NCBI GenBank assembly: GCA_963707985.1
Contig: CAVPRW010000027.1
Span: forward strand, 32,001 to 96,000
Length of the DNA: 64,000 bases
Direction of reading: 5' to 3'
Source of the DNA: an uncultured Nitrospinota bacterium
GTDB lineage: Bacteria > Tectomicrobia > Entotheonellia > J063 > CAVPRW01
The notes under the pieces are model-generated. The model did no database searches and was not told the origin of the DNA. It saw only the letters and a list, made by a program, of their open reading frames with translations. The position numbers and the translations under genes are program-made. Below are positions 31,612 to 41,151 of the stretch, in pieces (positions within the stretch are counted from its first letter, which is position 1; every line of letters begins with the position of its first letter).

Positions 31612-32879
31612 TAGAAACGGACCCCACGAAACGAGTGATGCGATAGACCCATGATGTGTCCCATGATGCGAGAGACACGCCAGACGTAGACGGCGGAGTT
31701 CGAGTGTGAGGCGGTCCGTTTGGTCACTGAACACGGCGACAGCGTGGCTGAAGCCGCCCGCCATGTGGGGCTTAATGCCCTGATGCTCCAGTGCTGGAAA
31801 CGGCCACTTGCGGTGCGAGAACAAGGGGCATTTCCTGGGAAAGGGCGCCTGTCACCGGACCAAGAGGACGTACATCGCCCGCGTGAAGACCATAAGCGGC
31901 TACGGATGGAGCGCAACATGTTCAAAAAAGCCCTGGGCTTCGTTGCGAGCGAGTCGACGTGAGAGATGCCTGTATGGCTCATCATCCAGATACATGGCCG
32001 GTTTCGGTGCTATGTGAGGTGTGGGAGTCTCTCGCGAAGTGGCTGGATTGGTATGCGCGCATGGTGGTGGGGTGGGTGATGCAGAGCCAGATCGATGCCC
32101 CATTGGTGCAGGCCACGTGGCGTATGGCGCGGGGGTACCGGCGTCCCGCTGCCGGGCTGATGCAGCATGCGGAGGTAGTGTCCCTGATTTATTGATTTTC
32201 TTAACCCTCCCTGGTATATACAGACGAGTGGTGAAGCGGTGTTATGCACGTCTAGTCCAGGAAAGGAACGTCTGTGATGGTCGTAGAGCCGATTCACTGT
32301 CCCGGCTGTCAGGGAACGGCTGTGGATTTTTGTGAAAAAAAAGGGGCAGCAGCGATGGTTATAGCATGCCATTGCTCATCAGCAGCGCGGGGTCGTCTTG
32401 GCTTATGTGTGTGGCACCCATGAGGATGACGTATTCTTACCGTTGCAGACATGGTTACAGCCTTGTGGCATCTCATGATTGTACACCGAGCACGCCGGGC
32501 GTGTAGCAACGGCATCTGAGTCTGGAGACCCAGACAGTCGGCAAGCCGCACACCCAAACGATCGAGTATACGCCTCTCCCCTGGCGGACCCGCATCAAGC
32601 GGTGGGCGCGAAAGACCATCGGTTTTTCGAAATCCATCAGGCTGCCTGAGATCGTCCTGGGACTCTTCGTGAATCGTGATGAATTTACACTTCCGATCTA
32701 AAACCCATGTCAACAAATCTGAGACACTATCGGACGCGCGGAATGAGGTGATCGGTGACATCGAAATGTTCTACCACAGCAAGCGGCTGCACTCGTATGT
32801 GGCGTATGTCAGTGCCCATGACTTCGAGCGGTTGTCCATGGTGTCTTAACTCACTGTCCGTTTTTACTTGACCATCACA
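31612..32879 (+). mobile_element. Degenerate IS3-family element
   Basis: OrfA relic T*TAEFECEAVRLV..VAEAAR..RLRMERNMFKKA. OrfB relics (WPVSVLCEV, D.YARMVVGW, IEMFYHSKRLHS). Right end TGTCCGTTTTTACTTGACCATCACA. The left end is approximate. Confidence 0.8.
32174..32731 (+). mobile_element. Degenerate IS1-family element nested inside the IS3 relic
   Basis: Inverted ends GGTAGTGTCCCTGATTTATTGA / TCAACAAATCTGAGACACTATC. InsB C-terminal relic HTQTIE...RTRIKRWARKTIGFSKS...GLFVNR. Confidence 0.78.
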
Positions 32880-32946
32880 TGTTACAGTGGAGGTGGTACA
32901 TTGGACAGCTGAATTGGGTTCATTAGGCACAAGGTGAGAGCTGCAG

Positions 32947-33378
32947 ATGGCTGATAGCCAGCGCTTAGTCTTCGTCAGCCACAGTGGGATGGATACCTGG
33001 GTGGCTAAACAAATTGCTCGTGCGATCAGCGATTGTGGGGCAGTTCCTTTCCTGGATGAGGCGGAAATTGATGTGGGGGCTGACTTTGAAGAGGACATTC
33101 TCGCATTTCTTCAGAAAGCAGACGAGCTTGTTGTCCTGCTGACACCATGGGCTCTTGAGCGGCCATATGTGTGGGCAGAGCTCGGTGCGGCATGGGGAAG
33201 ACAAATTCCCATCGTTGGCCTCCTACATGGTCTGACGGTCGCCGAGCTGCAATCACGTGCAAGCATTCCCATACTTCTCAAAAGGCGAGATCTTTTACCA
33301 CTCAACCAAATCGACACCTATCTCGAGCAGCTGCGGGGACGCGTGCAGAACGAATCCCGTAGGAACATCGAGGAGTAA
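32947..33378 (+). CDS. Stand-alone TIR domain protein
   Basis: VFVSHS, PFLDE, RPYVWAELGAAWG (conserved Glu). Confidence 0.88.
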   Translation: MADSQRLVFVSHSGMDTWVAKQIARAISDCGAVPFLDEAEIDVGADFEEDILAFLQKADELVVLLTPWALERPYVWAELGAAWGRQIPIVGLLHGLTVAELQSRASIPILLKRRDLLPLNQIDTYLEQLRGRVQNESRRNIEE

Positions 33379-33380
33379 CC

Positions 33381-33785
33381 ATGAGTCGGCCGAATGTCTT
33401 TATTTCTCACTCACACGAGGATTCCGAATGGGTCCGCCAATTCGCGGAGGCCCTCAAGGACCTTGACGTAGCCGTGTGGTTCGATGAATGGCAAATCAAA
33501 GCGGGTGATCCGCTTCGAGATGCCATAGAAAGGGGATTGCGGGACAGCGATGCCATCGTAGCGGTTCTCTCAGCCGCCAATATACTCCGCCCGAATGTGC
33601 TCTTCGAGCTTGGTGTGGCGCTAGGAATGGGCAAAAGGTTCATCCCAATTTTGTCCCAGGACGTGAACGAGCGCCAGATCCCTTTTGATGTACGATCGCG
33701 CCGATACCTAAAGCAAGAATCCCCCGAAGTAACAGCGCGTGAGGTCGCGGCAGCCGTAAAAGGGGAAGAGGCAAGTACTGAATGA
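33381..33785 (+). CDS. Stand-alone TIR domain protein
   Basis: VFISHS, VWFDEWQIKAGD, RPNVLFELGVA (conserved Glu). GAGGAG RBS, 2 bp after the previous stop. Confidence 0.9.
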   Translation: MSRPNVFISHSHEDSEWVRQFAEALKDLDVAVWFDEWQIKAGDPLRDAIERGLRDSDAIVAVLSAANILRPNVLFELGVALGMGKRFIPILSQDVNERQIPFDVRSRRYLKQESPEVTAREVAAAVKGEEASTE

Positions 33786-33789
33786 TTCG

Positions 33790-34281
33790 GTGTCTAGCCA
33801 ATGGATGCGGCCAATGCGACGCCACTGCACCGGGGGCTATCGTGTCGCCTCCACGGAAACCTTACCCATGGTTTTACTGAACCGCTACTCGAAAAGCGAC
33901 AAAATTCGCTACCGCGTGTACTACCCCGACGGCACCGATCGCCTCGCCTTCGCCTATCTCCGAGCCAAACGTAACGCTGAGAATGGCTCGCGGTGCTTTG
34001 ACGCCGATATGCTCACTAAGGGTGTGCGCCGGCTAGTCGCGCCGATCGATTCACGCCTGACCTTGCATTCCCTATGTCACCCCTTTGCCCCCTGGCGGCT
34101 CATGATGGGGGATTCGCTGCTCCTAGTGAAAGGGTGGATGGGCCATGCGAGTGCCGAGACACTCTTGCACTATGCTCACGTGTGGCCGGACCCGCTGCAG
34201 GATATACTCCCACTTCTTCACCGATTGCTTTGGCAACGGCAGGGCACGGGAATTTACGACAGAGGATACTACACACCTTAG
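33790..34281 (+). pseudogene. Decayed tyrosine recombinase/integrase fragment
   Basis: LTLHSLCHPFA (HxxR Arg lost)...VKGWMGHASAETLLHYAHV, matching boxes II/III. Lies next to a tRNA 3' end. Confidence 0.72.
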
Positions 34282-34361
34282 TCCCCGTCCTCCATAAATC
34301 CTCCAGACTATTTTGCAAGTATCAGGCAACCCAGACAATCTGGACGAACGTCCACGGGCGC

Positions 34362-34393
34362 AAAAAAGGCCTCACGCACGCGCGTGAGGCCTT
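34362..34393 (-). terminator. Rho-independent terminator downstream of tRNA-Arg
   Basis: Perfect stem AAGGCCTCACGC / GCGTGAGGCCTT with a T-run on the minus strand. Confidence 0.8.
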
Positions 34394-34403
34394 GATCCTG
34401 CAA

Positions 34404-34477
34404 TACGCCCGGAGGGGATCGAACCCCCGACCTCCTGGTTCGAAGCCAGGCGCTCTGTCCGGCTGAGCTACGGGCGC
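34404..34477 (-). tRNA. tRNA-Arg(UCG), CCA not encoded
   Basis: GCGCCCG acceptor stem, TAGCTCAG D arm, anticodon arm CCTGG-CT TCG AA-CCAGG, GGTTCGATCCC T arm. Confidence 0.95.
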
Positions 34478-34518
34478 ACAAGAGAAATACCAAGACAGCA
34501 ATTTCAAATTGGTAACCT

Positions 34519-34548
34519 ACTATATCATGGTCAGCACTGCGGCTGCAA
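34519..34548 (-). promoter_or_regulatory. Putative sigma70 promoter of tRNA-Arg
   Basis: TTGCAG-18 bp-TATAGT with an extended TG, about 40 nt upstream of the tRNA. Confidence 0.45.
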
Positions 34549-34775
34549 GGTTGACAAAGTAAGGGTGGTGTCCTCACTTGCGCTCTCGCGGCAATCCGGT
34601 AGAACTCTCGCCTAGCAAATGAGGTCACTGCCCACTTCGGAGCGCGCTTGTGGGTTAAGGTGATTCATAGTATGGTGTCGATGTACCAACGACTGGGTGA
34701 TCGATCGGCAATGGAGTAGTCCAGGATGGGTTGTTATGACCATGAAGGCATGCGTAAGGCACCATACCCCGTGGC

Positions 34776-35618
34776 GTGATGATGGTCGAAAGTGAGCTGA
34801 GACCCATGGCAGAGATGACACCGGCTGAGCTGGAAGCCCTTGGGATCATATTACCGCCGACAGAAGATGAGCTCCCCTGCGATGATGGGATGCCAATGGA
34901 GACCCAGCGCCACGCCCTGCAAATGCAACTGCTGATCGATCCCCTACGCATATTCTGGGCTGACCGGACAGACGCCTATGTTGGCGGCAATATGTTTATC
35001 TATTTCAGCCTGGAGCAAGTCCGCCATCAGGATTTCCGAGGCCCCGATTTTTTTGCCGTGCTCGGGGTGCCAAAGCGCGAGCGTAAGAGCTGGGTGGTGT
35101 GGCAGGAAGGCAAAGGGCCAGACGTCGTGATCGAGTTGTTATCGGAGAGTACGGCAGCCCAGGACAAGGGCGAAAAAAAGGACATCTATCAGGACCGGTT
35201 ACGAGTACCGGAATATTTCTGGTTTGACCCATTTACCGCGGAGTGGGCGGGATTTGCGCTACGCAATAGGGGCTATGAGCCGCTCATGGAAGATAGTCAA
35301 GGACGCCTCATCAGCCAGTGTTTGGATCTGGTGTTGCTGCGGTGGGACGGCGTCTATCAAGACGTCGAGGCTCGCTGGTTGCGCTGGGCGACACTGGAGG
35401 GGGCACTGTTGCCAACTCCACAGGAGGTTGCTACTGAAACACAGCAACAGGCTGCCGAGGCTCAACGTCAAGCCGCTGAAGCTCAACGCCTAGCCGCTGA
35501 GGCCCAACAGCAGGCCTCTGAAGCTCAACGTCAGGCCATCGAGGCACGCGACCAAACAGCGGGATTAGAGGCCTTGCTGGCACGTTACCGTAAACGCTTT
35601 GGCGACCTACCAGAATAG
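34776..35618 (+). CDS. Uma2 (DUF820) family PD-(D/E)XK protein with C-terminal heptad repeats
   Basis: DDGMPME..H, GPDFF, PDVVIELLS, VPEYFWFDP, RWLRW. AAEAQRQ-type repeats at ~35451-35540. The start may be 34806. Confidence 0.9.
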   Translation: MMMVESELRPMAEMTPAELEALGIILPPTEDELPCDDGMPMETQRHALQMQLLIDPLRIFWADRTDAYVGGNMFIYFSLEQVRHQDFRGPDFFAVLGVPKRERKSWVVWQEGKGPDVVIELLSESTAAQDKGEKKDIYQDRLRVPEYFWFDPFTAEWAGFALRNRGYEPLMEDSQGRLISQCLDLVLLRWDGVYQDVEARWLRWATLEGALLPTPQEVATETQQQAAEAQRQAAEAQRLAAEAQQQASEAQRQAIEARDQTAGLEALLARYRKRFGDLPE

Positions 35619-35893
35619 TATAATGCGCCACGCAGCCTTGATGTCCCCACCTTTCGTGCCAATCATAGGCCGTACGGCGACGTGAAAGAATGCGGCATCT
35701 GTCGAGAAGGTGTACCGCCATCAAGGAGATGGCCCACATCAATATGGTGGCGTTCACCATAGTATAGCGTCCAGCTTCACACAGCCACGTGCCAGTCGCG
35801 GTAGACGGCTGAGGCAAACGTGCTCTGGCATCGCTCCAGCCGCACCTCGGCAGGCGGTGCTCCTACACCGGCTCATACACCAGGTGTTCAGGC

Positions 35894-36382
35894 TTATTTG
35901 CCCTCTTTGATGCACTTTTCCAACAGATCCAGTGCCGCTTTCGCAAAAGTCCACATGTTGGCCTCGCGGTCTGCCTTCCCCGTCTCCACGGTGATGGTAC
36001 GCTCGACGGGGCCGGTGACGGCGATGCAGGCATGTCCGGCCGCGTCGCCATAGCGGTTACCGGTGGGACCGCTGGCGCCGGTTTCGGCCAATCCCCAGGT
36101 GGCACCCAGTTGTTCGCGCAACGTCCGCGCCTTCAGCAGTGCATAGGGCTCGGTGCTGGCCCGCATGCCGACCATCGCCTCATCTCCCACCCGGAGCAAA
36201 GCCCGTCTGGCAGTGGACGTGTAGACTACACCGCCACCGATGTAATACGCTGACGCGCCAGGGATCGATACCAGAGCCGCGGAAATCAACCCCCCTCCCG
36301 AAGACTCGGCAACGGCCACCGTCTGGTTGGCCGCCTTCAGGAGTGTCGCAACCGATGAAGCCAATGCAGTCAGCTCAGGCAT
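35894..36382 (-). CDS. CinA C-terminal / PncC-like (NMN amidohydrolase family) protein
   Basis: VAVAESSGGGLI, PGASAYY, ETGASGP. Confidence 0.85.
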   Translation of the reverse strand: MPELTALASSVATLLKAANQTVAVAESSGGGLISAALVSIPGASAYYIGGGVVYTSTARRALLRVGDEAMVGMRASTEPYALLKARTLREQLGATWGLAETGASGPTGNRYGDAAGHACIAVTGPVERTITVETGKADREANMWTFAKAALDLLEKCIKEGK

Positions 36383-36748
36383 TGTGTATTCCTTTCCAAA
36401 ACCTGCCCATCGGGACGGAGGGCAGGAACGATCAGTTCATAGTTCGTCAGCACTGAACCCGCCTCCGGCATCACCTCCAGGGCTGACAGGGTGTGAGATA
36501 GGCTGTGGTAATAGCCGATGAGCATGAGTAGATCGACAACCCCAGCGTTTCCCGGCCGTGGAGATGAGTGTAGTCGGGTTTGGATAACGTGTCAATCATG
36601 CTGGCGTGGCGCTCTTCCGACATGTGTTGCACAGCTATCAGATGATAGAGGGGTCCGAGTGCCCATTTGGTGTGAGTTCTGGGGCAGTGGACACATCCAC
36701 CGCCCCAGAACTTCAGGCGATGCTCCAGGACGCTGAAGACAGGAGGGC

Positions 36749-37888
36749 TTAATCAGTGTCGTCATCACTTACGGCAACGGAACTCGAGTCCTCATCATCA
36801 GCGGCGGGCTCGATGCGCCCGTAGAGGCCTTGGGTTTCGTCCCCAGGACCAGCGGCAAAGAACAGCACATTGGTAGGCTGAGCTGCTATGCCGTTGCCGA
36901 AACTGATCCCCCATAACCCCTCGATCGCTAGCTTCTTACCGTCGGTCGTGCGAAGCCGCCCCTGGAACTTCCTGGAGTCCAGATCATAGGCATTGATGGT
37001 GCCATCGCCGAAGTTGGCGATGAGCAAACGATTGCTGAATTTACCGAAGTCCGCCGGGGCCAGGGCCAAACCCCATGGGGCATTTAACTGTCCCCCTGAC
37101 GCGAAGCGTCTGATCAATTGCCCGTTGGCATCGAACACATCAACAACGCCCAGGCCTTTGCCGGCGACATCATCCTCTTTGTCCTCGTCCTGCTTGGCAT
37201 AGGTCACATAGAGGTTGCCATTGATGTTGCGAATGCCGAACGGCGCAAAACCAGCACGGGAGGAGTGGGTCGCTAAAAGAACCTGGAGGCGTAACAGGCG
37301 TGAAATCCTTGTCGAAGACATCGATTTTGCCATTGTGAAAATCCGTTGCATAGAGGAAATTACCGGTCCCATTGGCTGCCAACGCTAGGCCCTTATAGAT
37401 CGCTTCTGATCCAGAGTTGTCGACCACCAGGAGTGCATTCGTGGGATCAACATTCGGCGCCCACGCGGCAATGGTGCCACTTTCGCTCGCGAAGATAAAG
37501 CGGCTCGGACCGGAGACATCCCCGTTGCTGACCACAAAATCGGCAGAACCGTTGAAGACAATTCCGTTCGGCTACCGAGGTCGCTGCTACCAGGCGGCGG
37601 CGGAATGGTGACATTGAGGGACTGCAAGACACCATTGCCATCGTAGAGCGTGGAAACCCCGCTGTGATTGTCGGCCACCCAGACAAAGCCGTTGGGGTTG
37701 AAGGCAATGCCCCAGGGGTTGACGAGGTTCGAGTCGGTATGGTCGGCGGGCACCGCTCCATCTGAGACCAGGTTGTGCTGCTGATAGAACTTTCCGCCCG
37801 CGTGAAGCGATGGGACCATCAACAACATCAACATGCACATCGGGGTCATCATGATGTGACGAGGATTCTTCGGCAATCGTGGCATCAT
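36749..37888 (-). CDS. TIGR03118 family secreted protein, two frameshifts
   Basis: AGGAG RBS and signal peptide. YQQHNLVSD, LVNPWGIAF, AIYKGLA, LNAPWGLA, IEGLWGISFGNG, LFFAAGP. Frame breaks at ~37572 and ~37258. Confidence 0.85.
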
Positions 37889-38138
37889 AGCTGTTCTCCT
37901 TTTTTGGTCTGGAAATAACAGACCTTCCGCCGAGGCAACGCACATGGCAATGACCACGCGCTCATGGCAGCGAGATTGAATCGCCCGAGCGCCAATTCGC
38001 TGTCTAGGAGAACAATCCACAGCGCGGGAAAAAATTCTCACCAATGAAATTGTGCTGCTTGGTGCATCTAGAAGGTAGGTGGAGCGGCTTTCGCAGCTGG
38101 GGAAAGTGAAGCGGTTCACCGCATGATGTTCGAAAGTG

Positions 38139-38921
38139 TTATGTAGGAGGACGCATTTGCCGAGCACAGAGACGGGCGTATTCGAGCGATTCCTCGACAT
38201 CGTCGTCAGACACCATGGCGGACAAGATTCCCTCTTCCGACCAGAGGATGATGGTGTAAACCCCTTGGATGAAGATCCAAAAGGTGATCCCATCCACCTC
38301 CACTTTCTTGCTGAAACCTGGGAGATGAGGCGGGTCGGAAAGGCTCACCAGTGAAACCCTGCGGTCATCCCGACCAAACAGGAGGAAGGCTCCTTCTTGG
38401 TCGGACAAGGTCAGGGTTCGAGCCCCCAGCATGTGAAATCCCCCCCAGTCGGCTTCAGGAATTCTCGGCCGAAAAGGTAGTTGCTGGCCGAACCATCGCC
38501 GAACCGTCTCACGATCGGCCGAGAACAAGGTCAACGTGACTTGACCACGAACAATCGCCTCATGGGCACTGATCAACGCTGTCAAGAGTGGTGGCAGCTT
38601 TTGATCGGTCGCCATCCAGTAGAGGCCACCTACGCCGACAAGGAGCGCTGTGGCAATGATGGCCACCGCACCACGCCATGAAAGGCGCCGTTGTCGTTCC
38701 GCCTGGCGGAGACGTCTCCCCAGGTGTTCCCGAAGGGATTTAGGAGCCTTGTATGTTGCTGTGTGGGTACGCAATTGGGAGCGCAGCTCCTGAAAAAACT
38801 GTAGCCGGCTCTGGCAGGACGAACATCTCTCGACATGTTGTTGGAACACCGAGGCTTCCGAGGGTGTGAGCTCGCCATCCAAGAAAGCCTGCAGGTCCGC
38901 ATCGCGCTCAGCACAGTTCAT
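38139..38921 (-). CDS. Zinc-finger (zf-HC2) transmembrane anti-sigma factor
   Basis: MNC...DGEL...HVERCSSC (HxxxCxxC), a TM helix and a periplasmic domain. ATGA overlap with the sigma gene. Confidence 0.88.
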   Translation of the reverse strand: MNCAERDADLQAFLDGELTPSEASVFQQHVERCSSCQSRLQFFQELRSQLRTHTATYKAPKSLREHLGRRLRQAERQRRLSWRGAVAIIATALLVGVGGLYWMATDQKLPPLLTALISAHEAIVRGQVTLTLFSADRETVRRWFGQQLPFRPRIPEADWGGFHMLGARTLTLSDQEGAFLLFGRDDRRVSLVSLSDPPHLPGFSKKVEVDGITFWIFIQGVYTIILWSEEGILSAMVSDDDVEESLEYARLCARQMRPPT

Positions 38922-39496
38922 ATCTGCGCCCTTCCTTGGATAGTCCCATCTGTAAAAGCTTGCATTTCCTGCTCCAAGCATCGTCGAGCCCGGTGCAATC
39001 GTGACATAACAGTCCCCACCGGACATTGCAAGATCTTCGCTATTTCTTGATACGTAAACCCCTCGATATCAGCCAAAATCACCATGACCTTAAGATCGGG
39101 CGGAAGTTTTTGCAACGCCTGATCGACAGCGACCAGGAAATTCTTTTTTATCACCTCCGCTTCAGGGTCATCGCCTCCCCTGAGTTGCCCTAGCGCTCGA
39201 GCATGAGCCGCTGGAACCGGCTCACCCGCCGATTCCGCGTAGCTCACCTCCCGTTGTGCCCGTCGACGATCTTTCAGCCACAAATTCAGCAAGATCCTAT
39301 ACAAGAGGGCTTTGCACTCATCCGCATTCGTCAGTCGGCGGTAATATCGATAGCCACGAAGAAACGCCTCTTGAACCAGATCTTCGGCATAGCTGCCATC
39401 ATGCGTCAGATGCAGCGCCGCCGCATAGAGAGAGTCCAAGTGTCGGAGCGCCAACTCCACCCCTTCTTCCTCACGCCCCTGCCTCCGATCGAACAT
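38918..39496 (-). CDS. ECF sigma-70 factor
   Basis: AEDLVQEAFLR (region 2) and EGFTYQEIAKILQCPVGTVMSRLHRAR (region 4). Confidence 0.93.
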   Translation of the reverse strand: MFDRRQGREEEGVELALRHLDSLYAAALHLTHDGSYAEDLVQEAFLRGYRYYRRLTNADECKALLYRILLNLWLKDRRRAQREVSYAESAGEPVPAAHARALGQLRGGDDPEAEVIKKNFLVAVDQALQKLPPDLKVMVILADIEGFTYQEIAKILQCPVGTVMSRLHRARRCLEQEMQAFTDGTIQGRAQI

Positions 39497-39689
39497 CGAA
39501 AAGGCCCCCCGAGGTACATGTCATGCACGACGCGGTGGGCTTTCCTCCACCTCGGAATAACGGCAGCACCTGTCTGAGCAGCGTTCTCGCGTACGGTGCT
39601 TCAGAAGACTTTTGGAATGCAGTAACTCCCTGTCAGCAGGCTGTTCATCAACTGAAGCTGTGACCAGAAGGGGGTGGCATGTCGACTCA

Positions 39690-40922
39690 TTACCATGCTG
39701 CCCGTAAGAGTTGCAGCATATCGTCAACGTACGAGTCAGGCCGCGCCCCAGCGTTAGCATTAAAGTTCTTGAGTGTGTCGCGGGCAAGCAGCGGCAAGTC
39801 GGTCTCGGGAATCGCCAAGTCGCGTACCCGTGTCGGCATGCCGATCGACCGGTAGAGAGACTCCAGAGCATCTGCGGTGGCTGCGGTGGCGCCCTCGGCT
39901 GCCATGCCATCTCTCCACACCCCTAAGGCTTCCGCAATACGCTGTGCCGGTCTCGCGTCCCGCGGTGGTGTGAGGCGTGTGACCGTCGGCATGACTGCGG
40001 AGGTGGCCTCACCCTGATGGACCGAGTCATAACGGATGTGCAAGGCTGTAGCCAGGGCATAGGCCCGGCTGGAGGTCTGATCCCGCTCGCGCCGACGGTC
40101 GGCACCGTCATCGGCCGCCCGATTTTCGAGCAATGCCGCGGCACAGAGGTCGATGCGCAGGTCGACGTTGTCCGGTTCTGACATGATGCGCGGCAAGGCA
40201 CGATGCAGCAGGCGAAACGCTTGCAAGCGATCGCCCTCGACCAGTGGATTCATCGTGGGGCTAGCCAGGTTACGGAGGGCACTGCTGAATGTCGAGGTGG
40301 CCGTTGAGCGCACGAGGGCAGGCGGCGCGGTGAGCAACGCCTCAGCATCCCAGAAGATCGCTGTCGGCCGCGTCTTAGGATCGTAGAATTCCATACGGTG
40401 GTCGAGTTGATCATTCTTCAGGCCGGTACCTGCGCGGTTCATCGCCGTGGTTGGGGTGGTCACGATGTTGATGATCGGTGGCTTCGGGGCCAGCAGTCGT
40501 GGGCTCACAGCCGGTTGACCGGGAGGATATTGGGTCATGAGCGTCAAGGGATCCCCCTGCTCCGCCAGCAATATGGCCACCGCACGGGTGCCGACGATAA
40601 CACTGCCACCACCGATGGCCATGAGCAGATCGGCCCCCACGGCTCGGGCGGCCTTCACGCCATGTTCTACGGCCGGCCAGCTGGAGTCCTTATCCATGGC
40701 ATCGAAAACCCCAGCATACAGCGATCCAAGTTGATCCTTGACGCGTTGGAGCAGATTGGTTTTATACGCCACCGTCTGGCCGCAGACCACAAATGCGCGC
40801 TGGGCCTTCGTGCGCCGTACCTCGTCGGCGAGATGGTCAAGCGCGCCAATCCCAACGTGCAGCCGCCAGGGAAAACTCACGGCGCGAAACGTGTACGATT
40901 CGAGACTGTTCACGGTCATCAC
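39690..40922 (-). CDS. Iron-containing alcohol dehydrogenase family protein (divergent)
   Basis: AIGGGSV, VTTPTTA, P..IFWD, IGMPTRVRDL. Confidence 0.82.
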   Translation of the reverse strand: MMTVNSLESYTFRAVSFPWRLHVGIGALDHLADEVRRTKAQRAFVVCGQTVAYKTNLLQRVKDQLGSLYAGVFDAMDKDSSWPAVEHGVKAARAVGADLLMAIGGGSVIVGTRAVAILLAEQGDPLTLMTQYPPGQPAVSPRLLAPKPPIINIVTTPTTAMNRAGTGLKNDQLDHRMEFYDPKTRPTAIFWDAEALLTAPPALVRSTATSTFSSALRNLASPTMNPLVEGDRLQAFRLLHRALPRIMSEPDNVDLRIDLCAAALLENRAADDGADRRRERDQTSSRAYALATALHIRYDSVHQGEATSAVMPTVTRLTPPRDARPAQRIAEALGVWRDGMAAEGATAATADALESLYRSIGMPTRVRDLAIPETDLPLLARDTLKNFNANAGARPDSYVDDMLQLLRAAW

Positions 40923-41151
40923 TCCTTAAAGTAAGGCATACACTTTGGCCTCCCAGGCAAAAATCGGCTCGCGCCCCACCCACTCACCTGGTACCTCACG
41001 ATCCTGCGCGATCTCTCACCAACTCTTGCCAGAGGGTGTCCAAGGCCAGTGGGGCACCACAGACTCAGAGCCGGGAGTGGCCATCCAATCGATCTGTGCC
41101 CAGGCCGCTGCTGCAGGCTCCGTTGGCACGTCGCGAGCGTGTTGCGGCCAA

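Noticed and set aside
32947..33785. Calling the TIR pair a Thoeris system
   Set aside because: No ThsA-type effector (SIR2-SLOG, TM-Macro or similar) is visible nearby.
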